NCBI RefSeq assembly: GCF_001447785.1
Contig: NW_015175360.1
Span: 528,933-592,932 of the forward strand
Origin: Gekko japonicus
Taxonomy: Eukaryota
Direction: 5' to 3'
Length of the DNA: 64,000 bases
Shown: positions 49,379 to 63,205 of the stretch, piece after piece
Layout: each line of letters begins with the position of its first letter
How positions within the stretch are numbered: position 1 is the first letter of the stretch
Notes under the pieces: generated by a model
Databases searched by the model: none
What the model saw: the letters and a program-made list of their open reading frames with translations, nothing else
Told to the model about the DNA's origin: nothing
Position numbers and translations under genes: made by a program

Positions 49379-52300
49379 TAGCCAAGTTGTCCCCTGTGTG
49401 GATACTTATTTCTGCCAACAGAGGGCTCACTCTCTCCCAACAGCTTTTCCTACATAGTTATGGGTCTTCCTAGGGCTGCAGAAAAATCCAAAAAAAATCT
49501 CTTAAGGGAGGGTTGAATCCCCCCCAATACCTTTTGAAATGGCCTCTGCAGGGAACTAACTCCAGACATCAATGGTGAGAGATTAGACTGTGGGGGGGGG
49601 GGGGCTTCTAACTATTTCTGTCAGTAAAAGGAGGGGAAGGGGGGAGGGCCCCTTTCCAGTTCTATTTTGGCTTTCAGGGCAGGAGCCAGGGCCATCAGGG
49701 AGGGAGCCAGTGCCAGGCTGGGGAATTCCTAGAGATTTTGAAGTGGGCTGTGACGAGGGCTGGATTTGGGGAAGGGAGAGGCCTCGGCTGTGTATAATGC
49801 CACAGAATCTACCCTCCAAAGCAGCCATTCGCTGCAGGGAGACAGACATCTGCTGTCTAGAGTCCAGTTGTAATTCTGGGCCGTCTCCAGGCCCCACTTG
49901 GAGGCTGGCCAGCCTAGGCCTGGCAGTAGTCTAAAGTTGCCAGGTCCCCCCTGATTTGCATGACTCAACTAGGCCTGGCTGCTTGCTACTGTTCATCAGC
50001 AGCCACCCTATGAAAGCCAGTGAGGTGCAGCAGTTAAGAGCTTCAAAGTAGGGTCTGCAAGACCCAGGTTCAGATCCCTATCTTGCAGTGGAAGCTGACT
50101 GGGTGATTTTGGACCAGTCACATACTTTCAGCCTAACCAACCTGACAGGGTTGTTGTGCAGATGAAAAGGGGGCGAGAATAATGTAAGCTGCTTTGATCC
50201 CCACTGTGGAGGAAGACTGTAATTTTCCTAGGTAGGGGCTGTGGGGGAGGAGTGAGGAGATGGACAGCTGAAGACAGAGGCAGATAAAAGTAGGTTGGCT
50301 GTTGGGTGGGAAGGAAATTGTGTTGCCAACTCCAGACTGGGAAATTCCTGGACATTTGAGGGGTGGATCCTGGGGAGGGTAGAATTTGAGGAGGGAAGGA
50401 ACTACAGACCAGTATGATGCCATAGACTCCGCCCTCCAAACCACAAGAACTACCATTGCCAGCCTCCAGGCAAGGGCTGGAGATCACCCAGAATTACAAC
50501 TGTTGTCCAGGTGACAAAGATCAGTTTCCCTGGATAAAATGGCTGCTTTGGAGGGTTGAGTCTGTGGCATTATACCCTGCTGAGGTTGCTTGCCTCCCCA
50601 ATCCTCACTGTCCCAAAGCTCAACCCCCAAATCTCCAGGAATTTCCCAACCTGGAGATGGCAGCCCTAAGGTGAATTGATGGCTGTAGCTGGGAGATTCA
50701 TTGTGATTCCCAGAGTGCTGCCACTGCTGGGGGGGGGGGGGGGAGAAGCAGCAGGCAGGAGGCTGGGAGAGTGATGGGGGCAGAAAGAGAGAATGATAGA
50801 GTGGGGGGGCAGAGAGAGAGAAAGAGTGATGGAGGTGGGGAAGCAGAAAAACAGCGGATAAGAAAGAGAGAGGAAGTAACATACATGGAGGGGAGAGAGA
50901 GAGATTAAGAAAGGAGGGCAGAAGGGAGAAAGAGGTAAGGGGAGAGGGGAGGAAGCAAAGGTGTGAGGAATGGGATTACCATCCTGCAAGTTTCTTGCGG
51001 GGCTCCACTTGTAGTATCTAATTCTCAACATAGACAGATTTGTGAATACTTAAATCCCGAGACTGGAGCCATCGAGAAGACAGATCTTTCTACAAACCTG
51101 AAAAAGTCCCAAGTTGGCAGGAAAATCTGAAATCTTTTAAAGGGGGGGAGTTTAAATCTCCCAAAACAGAAGCAGTGCTTCTAGCTTTAAGAAATGAATG
51201 CCCTCAACCACAACAGTACTACCAGCCTTCAAGCCTTGGTTTCTGCCACTAAAAGGCAGGACCCTTTCCAGGGCTGTTTTGGCCATTAAAGGATGACTTA
51301 CTGGCTCTAGGTCCAGCAGCGGCCACTGGGTGATTTGTTACCACCTGACTTGCATGACTCACTCAGGCCTGGCTGCTTGCTATGGTTCAATAGCAGCCAC
51401 CCCACAAAAGCCAGTGTGGTCTAGTGGTCAAACTCTCAGACTAGGATCTGGGAGATCTAGGTTTGAATCACCAGTCTGTCATGGAAGCCTTGGGCCAGTT
51501 ACATATTCACAACGTAACTTACCTGAAAGGATTGTTGAGAGAATAAAATGGAGGAGAGGAGAATGATGCAAGCTGCCAATTTGCTGTGGCGACCTCAGCA
51601 GGGTATAATGACACTGAGTCCACTATTTTCTCCAGAGGAACTGATCTCTGCTACCTAAAGAACAGTTTTAATTTTGAGTGATCTCCAGCCCTCACCTGGA
51701 GATTGGCAACAATTGTTCCCCAGAAGGGAATGGTTGGTTTGGAGGGTGGAGTCTATGGCTTTGTGCCTGTCTGAGGTCCCACGCCTCCTGAAACCTCACC
51801 CTCTCCAGGCTCCATCCCTCACATCTCCAGGAATTTCCCACCTGGAGTTGGCAACCCTATCTCCTTCCCAGCCAATCATCAACCTACCTTTATTTTCCCC
51901 TCACTCTTCAGCTTTCCATCCCCCACACACCTGCAGCCTCTCCCGTGCTCTGAAGCCCTGACTGCTACGTCACATTGGCTGTCATACAGGGGCCATCTCA
52001 GCAGGATATAAGGACACAGTCCACCATTTTCTCCAGGGGAACTGATCTCTGCCATCTGGAAAGCAGTTGTAATTCTGAGTGATCTCCAGCCCTCACCTGG
52101 AGATTGGACACATTTTACCTCAGAACAGCAAACAGGGGGAGAGGAACAGTAAACTTAGAATGTTGGAGGCGAGACTCAAGCAATGCAGCCAGTGGATAGG
52201 GACAGATTCTGAGTGACACACCAGGGCGCCAACCAATTCCGGAGCGCGTGGAATGTTCTAGAGAAGTGCCACCACCATTCAGCTTTTATATATAAGGGAG

Positions 52301-53179
52301 ATATTTTAATTGTAAGCAGGATTCTGAAGGGTGGCACAGAAACAGTGAAAACAAATAAATAAGGCTGCATTGACATTGGCCTTGTTTTGCCCCTAGTTAT
52401 TTAAAACCCTGCTACTCTCTGTTCAGAGATGTTACTGTGGAACTTCAAAATCCTGCAAAACTTGTCTTGAGCAGAGTGGATAGTAGAGGGAAATGAATGT
52501 GTGTACGTCCTGAAACCTATCCTGTACCCCCTTCACCTCAGGCTTTGGCATGCCAAAGCTTTTTGAGATGTATTCACACTTCCATTAAGGGACTGACTTT
52601 CGGGGGGGTTAACTTTTGGGGTGGGCAATGAACATTTACAATGTCTTATGAACCAAAGCATTTGACTTGATTTTAATTTATTATTGCTACAGTTTCATAT
52701 ATTGAGCGCCATGTAGGGTAAAAGACAAACAAATTTAATAACTAAGTAAGCTATGTGCTGTAGTGGCCTCGGAAGACCTTATTTTGAATTCTTGCTTGGG
52801 TCCTGAAGCTCACTGAGTAACCTTGGAGCAATCAGCCTCTCTCCTGATCAATCTATCCTACCACACAGGGGTGTTGTGAGGGGAAAATAGTGTTAACTGT
52901 GATACATAAGCCACCTTGAACCACAAGGAAAGGTGTGAAATAAATATTTTAATATATAAAATAGGATGATAATCACCATCCATAGATCACCATAAGTTCG
53001 CTGGAGAATGAGTGAGACAAAGATGTGATGAATGAATGAATGGGCAAATGTTAGAAGACTGAAGCCCCTAATTCATAGCTGAAAAACAACCACCCCAGGG
53101 GGGCATTAATGGAACAACAACTTCTAGAAAGAAATGAAACCCTCTTCCCTGCCAGAGGCGACACTTGGGTTGATTTTAT

Positions 53180-54991
53180 ATATTTATTTTCCCCTTCCCT
53201 TTGCTACCCTCCTCGCACTTGCCTCAAAATATTCAGCAGCACAAGGACAACAGGATAAGAACAGTTCAAGTAAGTTTTTAATAGAGTGCATCAGTGAATG
53301 TGAATTAGGATGACTTCCGTCAAAAAAAAAGTTGTTCTTTTAAAGGAACACCAGATAAAAAGGGGTACAGTTCTTTCTTGCCAAAACACCATCCTTTTTC
53401 TAAGGCAACAATACACGTTCATTTCAGAACAGAACTGTTACAGGAAGAGAGAGCTACATCACAGTACAGTACAGCATGTCAAGTCCATCTGTCAGAAAGC
53501 CATTCTCAAAATGGCACATTTAGCTACACTTACAGCCTTCTAATTTCGGGTTACAGAGTTTACCACAGCTTAAAAAAGAACTTATAAAGTGACAATTTTG
53601 AATGACTTTTCTAATCTTCACAGGAGTGTGCAGATGGGGCCCATATGTTGAAATTACAGTAATTACGACATTAAATAACATTGCACAACCAATCTCTATG
53701 ATTAATTCAGTACAAAATAACAAATATTAAAATGTACCAAGTACTAGTGGTTTTACATAGTTTATATCACTAATTAATGAAGGATTTCATTCCTTCTTCC
53801 ATAGGCAAAATACCTATGCACAGCTGCACATTACAGGTGTAATGATGGGGAATAAATACAATAAATGGGGCAAAATATTAAAACACAAGATATATGGGAA
53901 CAAAATTTGTACAGTCACAGAAGTGATAATCTATTGTTATAAACAAAGTATGCTTAGCTGTAAAGTATATGGAGCGGTCTTGACTCTTTTGAAGGGGAAG
54001 GGGGGAAGAATATTTCAAAACCAGTTAATTCCTGAGGTGGCATTTATTAGCTCTGACAACTGGTCAAAGTTTCAGATTACTTTGTGCTATGAAACAGTCT
54101 CAATGCAAAGATATATTTTCACAAAGTGGAATTTGTATTGTTTTAGAAGAAAGCAAACAATATTTTACACTATGCTGAATACAAACAGTACTTCTATTCT
54201 TTTGCTTCATTGACCAGGCAGCAAGATTTATGAATTTGCAAACAAAATGTTACCAAGATGTGATTTCTATTTCCCATCATGTTTTAAGGATCCAGTGGCT
54301 AAACACTCCTACAACCCCCTTCTTCATCACTGAAAGCCAACACTGTAAACATGTTTGCATCGGTTTTCTTTTTCCAAACTAAATACTGCTCTATAGGGAA
54401 GGTAAAAGTGAAAGGTGTAAGAAGAAAATCCCATGTATAATAAAAAAGCTGATCTATTTTTCACTTGGTAATTCATTTTTATATATGATTTTTTAAATAA
54501 CTAAAATTGTTCATGCTACAGTTGTGAAAACAATTTTTTGTGCATTTCTACTATGGACGCAGTTTTAAAAAAATGCATGATAGGAGGTAAGAATTATAAA
54601 AACCACAAAAAATGTAAATAATGACTGGGAAGATCTTTCTGACTCAAAGTGAAACACTCTTCTGTGCAGATCTCTAGGCAACTATACAAGATCTGAATTT
54701 TTAAGCCTCCTTTTTATTATACAACTCTTTGAACATAAAATGAACAGAATGCTCAATATACTTACCTGTACATGTGAACATAACTTCTTTAGCTACAGTT
54801 TTCTTTTAATATAGGTCATACTGAATTAAATTGTACAGTTCAGAATAACTATGTATAACCTTATTGCAATAGGGACAGTCTCTACATGGGGAGTTTCACA
54901 GGCCAATCAATGTTAGGCATAACCAGTACATTCAAAATGTAAGCTTAGATCACATATGAATCTTCCCTGATCCCAAAAACGATGCTGCTGT
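53180..54991 (-). other. MARK1: Probable MARK1 3' UTR
   Basis: Repeat-free AU-rich stretch after the stop codon; candidate poly(A) signals ATTAAA 53282-53277 and AATAAA 53188-53183. Confidence 0.55.
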
Positions 54992-55346
54992 TTACAGCTT
55001 AAGCTCATTTGCTATTTTGGATGCAATGTTCTTAAAGGCGATCGAAGTCCCAGATATTCGCTTGAAGCGGACTCCATTGAGCGATAGGCGTGGCAATTTA
55101 CAAACTTCCATCTCCCACTGCACAAGGCTATCCTGTCGTGCATCGCCGTGAACACAGAAGAGCAGGAACCTCTCCTTTTGCTCATAGTCACAGTTGTTAG
55201 CATCTAACACTTTTCTAATCTCTCTCATCATGTCATTTGGGTCCATGGAACTTGTGGTTTTCATACTCCAGGTGAACCTCAAAGACCGTGGCTTAGAATC
55301 TTTGCCATCTTCCTTCTCTCGCTCTTTTGGTTCCCCAGAAGTACTC
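54992..55346 (-). CDS. MARK1: MARK1 last coding exon (KA1 domain)
   Basis: tttcag acceptor; [36 protein letters not shown]...[14 protein letters not shown] then TAA. Confidence 0.96.
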
Positions 55347-57460
55347 CTGAAAGATGAAATAAGTTTAAGTACGCAAATAAGAAATATAGGAACTATACTT
55401 CAGTCCTAGGCACTTTAGAAAATCCTTCCAGTTCAAGCATAACCTTGGTCATGCACAGCTGCAATAGGAGGCACCTCAGCTGTCAATGACTAGATTTCCC
55501 TTGACTGCACCACTTGGAATATGCCACACATCTCTAAAACATCTTAGGATAACACAAAACAGAAGACATGTGGTAAAAAGCAGGGAGGGAAAGAAACCAT
55601 CCTGCAATCCACCATTAGGTTTATACTTCTTCATAGTGGGAGTCTATTTGCCTATTCCAAGCTGGAGACCTGGAAAGTGAGGGGAACAATTTTGGACGTT
55701 TCTTATCTAAAATGCCCAACTCCAGGCAATTCTCTCTCCACGGTCAGTTAAAAATATTCGTGTCTCTTCAACAACCTGGTTATATAGGACTATTATGCAG
55801 TTTTATAAAAAATGCTAAAACACTGTAAAACAATATTTTCAGTGTACATGATCCACAAGGAATGCTGCACCCCAACCCATGTTGAAAAATCATACTTGCA
55901 AGAATGGCAATTGCAGAAATCATGCCCAGTATGGAGCTATTCTCCAAGATTTTTTTCTGACTTACTCTGTGGTGCCACAATGTAGAAGAAATGAGAGGGA
56001 TTATTCAAGATTATACCCTGTGCATATTTACTCAGAAGTAAATCCCACTGAGATCAGGGGGACTTTCTTCCTAGCCGATGCACAAAGGACCGCAGTACTG
56101 TTTTGTGCATACTTTTTGCATTTTGCTTCTTTAGCTCCAAGTTATCACCCTGTCCTTGCCCACAACTGTCTACCCACACCAATATTATGTAGTGTACAGT
56201 AGGCATCAGATAACACCATCAAGCGCAATATGCCTATCTCTAAATTCTAGATGGCTGAGTAGGGAGCAGTGACCCCAGAGTGTCATCTGGGGTGTAAAGT
56301 GAGGAACACAATGTTTCATCATCACAAAAGCTACTGCTTATTACATGTCTATGCAAATGATCAGATATTGATTCAGCAAACAATCATGTGCTGAGCTTCT
56401 GCCCTTCTGAAAGCACGCCCTCTAGCTACCTGTCAAACACAGGAAACTCATGAAGGCACCTCAGATGAAGAGCCACAACCAATAAAAACGGAGAAGAAAG
56501 CTCAATGAGAGCACACAAACACTCCGGTGCACCTTCAGAAGCTAACTGCATCCTGGCATATATATTTGAAAGGCAGGATGGGGGGATCCACTCTCTAGAC
56601 TTTAGTGTTCATTTGCTAACATTAGTTGAGTGCCTTTTCACCACTGACAGGTTTTAACCTCGAGATGGACAGTGTTAAAAGGCAGTCTTTAATCCATGCA
56701 AAGATGAAAGCAGGAATCATACACAAGTGTAATTTGGTATTTTCCCACAAACCACTCCCCTCAAACTTCCTTAATATGCTCAGTCACTACAGCAGTAACT
56801 ATAACATAAATCTACTAGGAAAACACGTCTGTTGTTTCACCAGAAGGTGCTGCTTGAGGAGTAGTGAGCTGCATGAAAGTCAATAATACACACATTTGTA
56901 TTTCTAAAGACAGAAAAATGTGTTAGGGTCTTCTAGTGATAACTATGTACAGAGAAGCTAGATAAGATAGAAGGTTCAGTTGCTACTAGCAAAGGGGTGA
57001 GAGCTTCTAGCACTTCCAGAAGTGCGGGATAAAAGAATCAAGATAGACTACTTGCATTTTATAAAAAAATATTTCCTGGGAGAAGGGACACAATGTCCAA
57101 AAGGGCTTATTGATCTGAGTTAATGGAAAGTTGGCACAAATCTCAGAATGGTAATATATGCTTTTATGAAACAATGAAGAATTATGTTTTAATACTTATA
57201 TGTACAAAACTCTGTGCAAAGACTTTGGAAGCAGTTGCACCCAGTGATGTCTACTGATGTCAAAACACTTGCTGAATCATAGTCATGAATGTTTTAAAAA
57301 GCTATTTGCCTTAGTAATATTTGAAGGAGAAAATGGAAAGTAAAATCATACATAATATTTTATCAGTAAAAGACTCTCTGTTCTGCATATTAGTTTAAAA
57401 AACCATGAACCTCAGAACACAAAGGGACCTAGCAGCGAAGTATTAATAGTGGCTCCTCAC

Positions 57461-57505
57461 CTTGAGGTGTCAGTTCTGCCACTGGCTTCGCCTTCACTTG
57501 GATCC
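57461..57505 (-). CDS. MARK1: MARK1 45-nt exon
   Basis: ttttgag acceptor, gtgagg donor; DPSEGEASGRTDTS as in MARK1. Confidence 0.9.
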
Positions 57506-58673
57506 CTCAAAACAAAGTTAAGGTTGAGATTTTAATAAATGAAGGATAAATATATATATATTGTAATAATAAATTTAAAAGAGTCAAGAAAACCTGTACC
57601 TAGAACAAAGTTAAAATTACTGTTGAGCAAATATTCAGCATGAAATTATCATTTTCTGAGATTTTTAATAGTATTTGTCACCGCTGCATTTTATTTCTTC
57701 CTATGAAACCCCAATTTAGTTCTACCCTGCTGGGTATGTTCCAGTGTCTCTATTCCCCTTTCCTCTTCCACTATAGCTATCTAAAATAGCCACCTTGTGA
57801 CATTCAAAAACCAGAATAATCACATATGATGAGTCTGGTTCCATTCTTCCCCCTACACCCATTAAAAAGGCGAGAACACTACAGCAGTCAACAAGAACCT
57901 AATCCAGAGAGGTGTTTTACACTTGTAATGGCTGGACTTAAAGGAGTCCTGTAACAGTTTGCACATTGGCATACCCTTAAATCACAGTATTGCAGCCCAT
58001 CCAGCAGTAACATTATCCAGTGATTTGTTCATCTATTCAGGCCCTTCAAAGACACCTGAAAATAGCATATTAAAGTGCAGGAATTTCCCAGTTTCACCCA
58101 CATCAAGACATATTTTACTCTATGGACAGATACGAAGATCAGACAAAAGCACGGGGATCAGGTCTATAAACTGTCTGTCAGACAGAATGGCTACATGGGG
58201 ACCACTATCTTCAGAGGTAGTATGCCATTGAACAGCAGTTTCCATGAAGCTATGGCAAGGGAGAATGATGGCCTGCTTGTGCTAACTCTGTTTAAGGCAC
58301 CACTTCTCAACAGTGTTTGCAGAAGATATCTCAGATTGCACCTATCTAGGGGGTCAGTAATGGCAACCCCAACAATACCTTGTTAGACTCAGGATTCATC
58401 AGTGTTTCTTACACATATTTGAGGATGGCTTCCTTATACTGCACACTGTATTAATTGGTATTGCATTTTAAATTTAAATACAATAAAACCAATGTTCCAT
58501 GTCAACATTTCAGATATCTCAGACAATTATGCTAAATGATGCATCCCAGTTTACGTAAGAGATGTTTACTCACTATCTGGCCCATTAAACATTATAACTG
58601 ACTGTACAAGAATATTATATTAGACTGACATAGAATGTGACCCACCAAGCCAAACGCAGCACAACAGCCGCAC

Positions 58674-58862
58674 AGCCAGTGTAATGTAGTGGTTGGAGTG
58701 CTGGACTAGGACCTGGGAGACCTGGGTTCAAAGCGCCACTCTGAAGCTCATTCTGTCATTCTCCCTCAGCCACACCTACCTTACAGGGCTGTTGTGAGAA
58801 TAAAATGAGAATCATGTATACAACTCCGAGTGCCTCAGAAGGAGGTCAGGATGAAAATGTAC
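58674..58862 (+). mobile_element. tRNA/CORE-type SINE (Squam3-like)
   Basis: agccagtgtaatgtagtggttggagtg head and cctaccttacagggctgttgtgag core. Related copies at about 36842-37040, 38160-38335, 50015-50215 and 51409-51575. Confidence 0.7.
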
Positions 58863-59821
58863 TAGATTTGATAGGTTTGTGGGCGTGCGCACCCAAATGT
58901 TTCTATAATTTCAGGCAAGTGGCAAAAGCAACAGGTTCCTTTGTTGCTTATCATTGTATATGACCGGTGAGCTGCATTTGGTTTGAGGGCTCAAAGCTGT
59001 GTAATCCCATCTATACACAATGTTATGTAAAATACTTCACATACTTACCAGAAGAACTTAAAAAAAACACAACAAAAATTAATCTTTAGGAGATACTGAT
59101 CTTTAAGTATATCCGATTACATGTTGGGGAATTAATATACTTCATTATACTATTGCAAAAAGTACCTCAGACATTAGACAACATATTTGTACGTTGTAGG
59201 TCAATGAAATGTATTCTAAGTTACTGTATACAGAAAAACAGACAATGTTAAAAAGGAATGCAATCATAACTTGAAAGTTTAGATGCAATTGAAAGCAATA
59301 CAAAAGAAACATGGTCATTTGCTTTCAGTGAATACATGTGGGGAGACTGGAGTGTGACATTTTATGTGCTGTCAAATGGTTCTCAAACTCAGCATGGAAA
59401 AACTAAGAACTGCCTTTATAAATACATTATAGGTGAATGTGCATAGGGCAGAGAAGCCAAGGGCTTATATGGGGGCTTCCAAGCTGTCTCCTATGGTGAG
59501 ACTTTGTTTAGCTTTAGCAATGTATTATTGTTTGCAAAATTATTCTCTGAACCCTGATCCTAAAATAAGGTTAGCTTCTTGAGCCAAGAGAAAACAAGAT
59601 CCTGGTTTTTCAAACTATCTAGAACAAGTAAAATTGAAGAGGTAAACACATAATTATGGAAGAAAACAAAGCAAGAAAGATTTCGACTCATCTTAAAATT
59701 TATTGTATGCTTGGAAATGTACTGCTACCAACCTTGTGAAAGACTCAGGAATCAAGTGCACCTAAGTAATCCTTCAGGGTATCTTGAAAGATGGATACAT
59801 TAAGAAATGCATGGTACTAAC

Positions 59822-60073
59822 CTGCGAACAAATTTGGATGTTATCTTGCTGATAATGCCAGTTGATGTCCCTCTTCTAGTCTGCGCAAACGTGCCTGTCT
59901 CATGCGATGGCGATGCAGGCGGCCCATTGTAAGTGGCGTTGCGCCGCTCCCGTAGCTGCTCACCATGGAAAGTGCTGCGACTTGAACTCCCCCGTGGAAA
60001 GCGGGTTCGGTCTGGAGTGGTAGTGCTAATACTGTGAGCAGATGGGGAAGCAGCAGGGGCTCTCTGAGTTGCA
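59822..60073 (-). CDS. MARK1: MARK1 exon (NAGNAG acceptor, alternative start 60076)
   Basis: [60 protein letters not shown]...[11 protein letters not shown]|gttagt. Confidence 0.93.
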
Positions 60074-60756
60074 CTGCTGAGAAGGCAGGAGAACATTTAA
60101 GAAAAGCCTTCAGTATCACCATCAGTTCTCAAAACTTAACTGTCCTGATCGAAAACTGATATTCAAGGTCATGCATGGTCCTCAGGTACACAACCTGGCC
60201 GACACCCTTGGGATATGGCAGATTATAAACTTAACTTTGAAGATCTCCTTGTTAATTCTACAAAGAGAGATGACCAGGAAGGGAATCTTTACACTCTTAA
60301 GGCTCCTGTTCCCAAAGGAACAGGAGCTCTACTTCCTTGTTCTACACTGCCCATACTAGGTCCCACCACTATTTCAGAGGCTACATGGGATTTTTCTTCC
60401 CAAGGGGAAGGCTTAAAACAGAGTTGTAAACGGGGGGGGGGGGGGGAGAAGCAAGTAAATGCTATTTGATATACATGAATAAAATTTCTGCCATGGCAAA
60501 TGGGACACTTAAATACAAAACATGGCCGCGTTAGGTAGGCATTTTGAGGCAGGATCCAAGGACAAGGCTCCTATCTACAAAGCCTTATTATGGTGCCCAT
60601 CGTCAAGCTCTCCTTTCCTTTTAGCCAGGGGATGGGGAAGCAGATGAACTGCCACTTGTTGCTGCTGGCCACACTGCCTGCCTGCTGGCCCCATTTGCCC
60701 CAGCTACCTTGCTTTCTAATGGAAGTGGACAGGCACAGATTTTAAACTATTGTTAC

Positions 60757-61869
60757 CAGGGCTTTTTTTCTCGGAGAACGCACCAGAATAGCGTTCCGGA
60801 ACCTCTTTGTGGAAACAAAATTCTCAAATACTGTTTAAAAGTTCATGAGGGGCACCGGGGAAGCATGATGTCACTTGCGTGCTCTCTGGCCGGCTCCCCC
60901 CACTGCTTTCAAAAGACTGCTTTCAAAAGAAGACACAGAACTGTCAAGGTATGGAATGAGTTCTGGATTCTAAGAACTGGCCAGCAAACTCAAGGGACAA
61001 CATTCTCTATGGGGAAGAAGAAATAGGCACATTGGCAAGAAGCCTTCGGAAAACATCTAACATTCAGAGAAGCGATGCCCAAGGAACTGTCTCGGATTCA
61101 GTGCACTCTCAATACAATAGCTATTTCCTCCAGTGAGTGTGAAAGGGGATTTTCCCAGATGAACCTGAGTGTCACTTCAGAAAGATCCTCCTTGTCAGTC
61201 AAAACGATAACATCTTTATTGTTTATAAAAATTGTCGGACCTCCCTTAACAGTTTTTGATAGGGGTGTGCATGGGGGGAAAAAATCGGTATTTTTCAGGT
61301 TCAGGTATTTAAACTTAAAATACCTCCCCTTGGCTGGGGAGTCAATGCTGCAGAGGCAGCACAAGCCCCAGAGAAAAGGGAAGGTATCTAAAGTTAAAAT
61401 ACCTTCCCTTTGCTGGGGAGGCACATCGCTGCAGCATGCCTCCCCCAGCAAAGGGTTTCCCAAATGAATGCCGAATAGATTCAGCGCTATTCAGGGAATC
61501 CCTATTCAGCCAGCCGAATCAGATCAGAGAATCCAATTTGGCTTTCGGCATGCTCATATAACGCCGAACAGGTATTATTTGGGTTTTTATTCAGTTTGAC
61601 CGAACCAAAAGCACATCCCTAGTCTTTGATCCAACAAAGTATGTTAAAACATGGTTGCTTCAAGGTCATCATTCAGTGTTAGGCACCAAAAGCAAGACCC
61701 GAAAAAGAACTGAGGAAGTTGGTGACATGTTTAAAGTTTGGAAACTGCTTTAAAGTTGAGGTAAGTCTGTAGTGCCTGAAAATAATATTGTTTCAAAGAA
61801 TCCCGTGTTTCCCCCCTTCATTTCCCTCTTGAGACTTCCGGCACCTCTTTTTCCAGAAAAAGAGCCCTA
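60757..61869 (+). mobile_element. hAT DNA transposon deletion derivative with transposase C-terminal remnant
   Basis: TIRs CAGGGCTTTTTTTCT...AGAAAAAGAGCCCTA; perfect 8-bp TSD attgttac; peptide ISSSECERGFSQMNL...RSSLSVKTITSLLFIKIVGPPL / FDPTKYVKTWL (hAT dimerization region). Confidence 0.88.
61260..61621. mobile_element. Nested non-autonomous hAT-type element
   Basis: TIRs TAGGGGTGTGC...GCACATCCCTA; 8-bp TSD gtttttga/gtctttga; splits the transposase remnant. Confidence 0.8.
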
Positions 61870-63205
61870 ATTGTTACATACACAACAGTAGCAGCAACCA
61901 GAGCTACCTCTACACAGGGATTTTGCCCTGTTGGGATCAGCTGCTTTGGGGGGCAGCTTCTACACAATGTTGTGCTTATTCTGAGGATGATGTGTGGGGC
62001 TTTCCAGGCTCCCCCCCCCCAAACTGGAGCAAATGAAAACCCTGCTTTCTGCTGGCTTAAAGGGGAAATGCATAGTGGCTGTGGGCAGAGCTGAGCTCCA
62101 TGTTCAAAATTACAGTGCTTTGCTCTACATGCTCCCCTTCAATAGACCCCCTTTTCAGTTCACAGCTGTGTAGCGGCAGATTGAGCCCTGTGGCTCAGCT
62201 GTGAAGGGGAAAGGGGTTTTTTCCCACGCTGTGAGGGAGTCTGGCACAACTGTTGGAACTTCTGTGCCAACATGATGGGGGCGGGGGGCAGCAGCAAGCA
62301 GCATAGGGATCAGAGGTGAGAAAGCTACCCCCTACCTTGACCCTGCTTGCTGCTCCTTCCACAGCAAGGGCACCATTCCACACCCACCCCTGTGTGGAAG
62401 GAACCAGCAGGGTGGGCACAGCAGGGCAGGGCATAATAAAGAGCTCCTGCCTCTTCTGGCAGGGCCAAAAATCAGTCCTGTGAAGTTCAACTGCTCATCA
62501 ATAAATCCATGATGACACTTCCACACTATAGGCACTATAAAACAGAACCCACGGGAATGCGGGCTCCTCACCCTGGTTATAAATAAATGCCAAGAGAAAC
62601 CTGAAGCCAAAACAACTGACTGGTTAGTATGAATCTACATATGAACAGCAGCTCTCATTAATTCTATTGTTCCTTTGCCCACACTGCTTCCTAAAAGTTG
62701 CCAAGTAGCAAAGGGGACAGTAGCAGCCGTGACTGGGAAAATGTCTTTTCTTTGCATCTGTTACAAAAATACCAGCTTTGAGTCAATCTACCTCTGGAGC
62801 CCCTCTTGGCTCCCAGGCACATTCTTCCAAAGCGTCTTCTGTCGGACCACTCACTTCCTGCTGACAGTGCTTAGCCCTTGTATGAAGCCCTACTTTCTGC
62901 TTGGCACCTTCTATCTTCAAGTCAAGGACTACAATGGCTTCCTTGCTGCTCAGTTATCCCACATTCCTTTAGCCATATTGTCTCTTGGACAGTCCCCCAG
63001 TCACTTCTGACTCTGTTTTTGCCCTAAACAATATACAACCCTTACACATTGTGGAGTTTCTTCAGAGTCCCTAATGCCACAAGTGAAATTCAATACAGAC
63101 CATCAGTACGCAGCAACATGGCATGCTGTATCACTTGCAATAATACATTTGTGTTTGCATAACATCTAACCACACAAAAGATCACCATAACGTATTGAAG
63201 AATAC

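Noticed and set aside
48194-49430. Cluster of overlapping 80-237 aa ORFs
   Set aside because: Low-complexity Gly/Pro/Ala/Arg products from GC-rich repeat sequence on both strands; no splice or domain support.
50725-50960. Purine-rich, G-run tract as a functional G-quadruplex or triplex element
   Set aside because: Lies among DNA-element remnants; low-complexity tracts like this are common and there is no positional evidence of function.
57590-57610. Possible 6-nt MARK1 microexon (ttctag|GTACAG|gtttt)
   Set aside because: Weak donor and no supporting homology; cannot be distinguished from chance.
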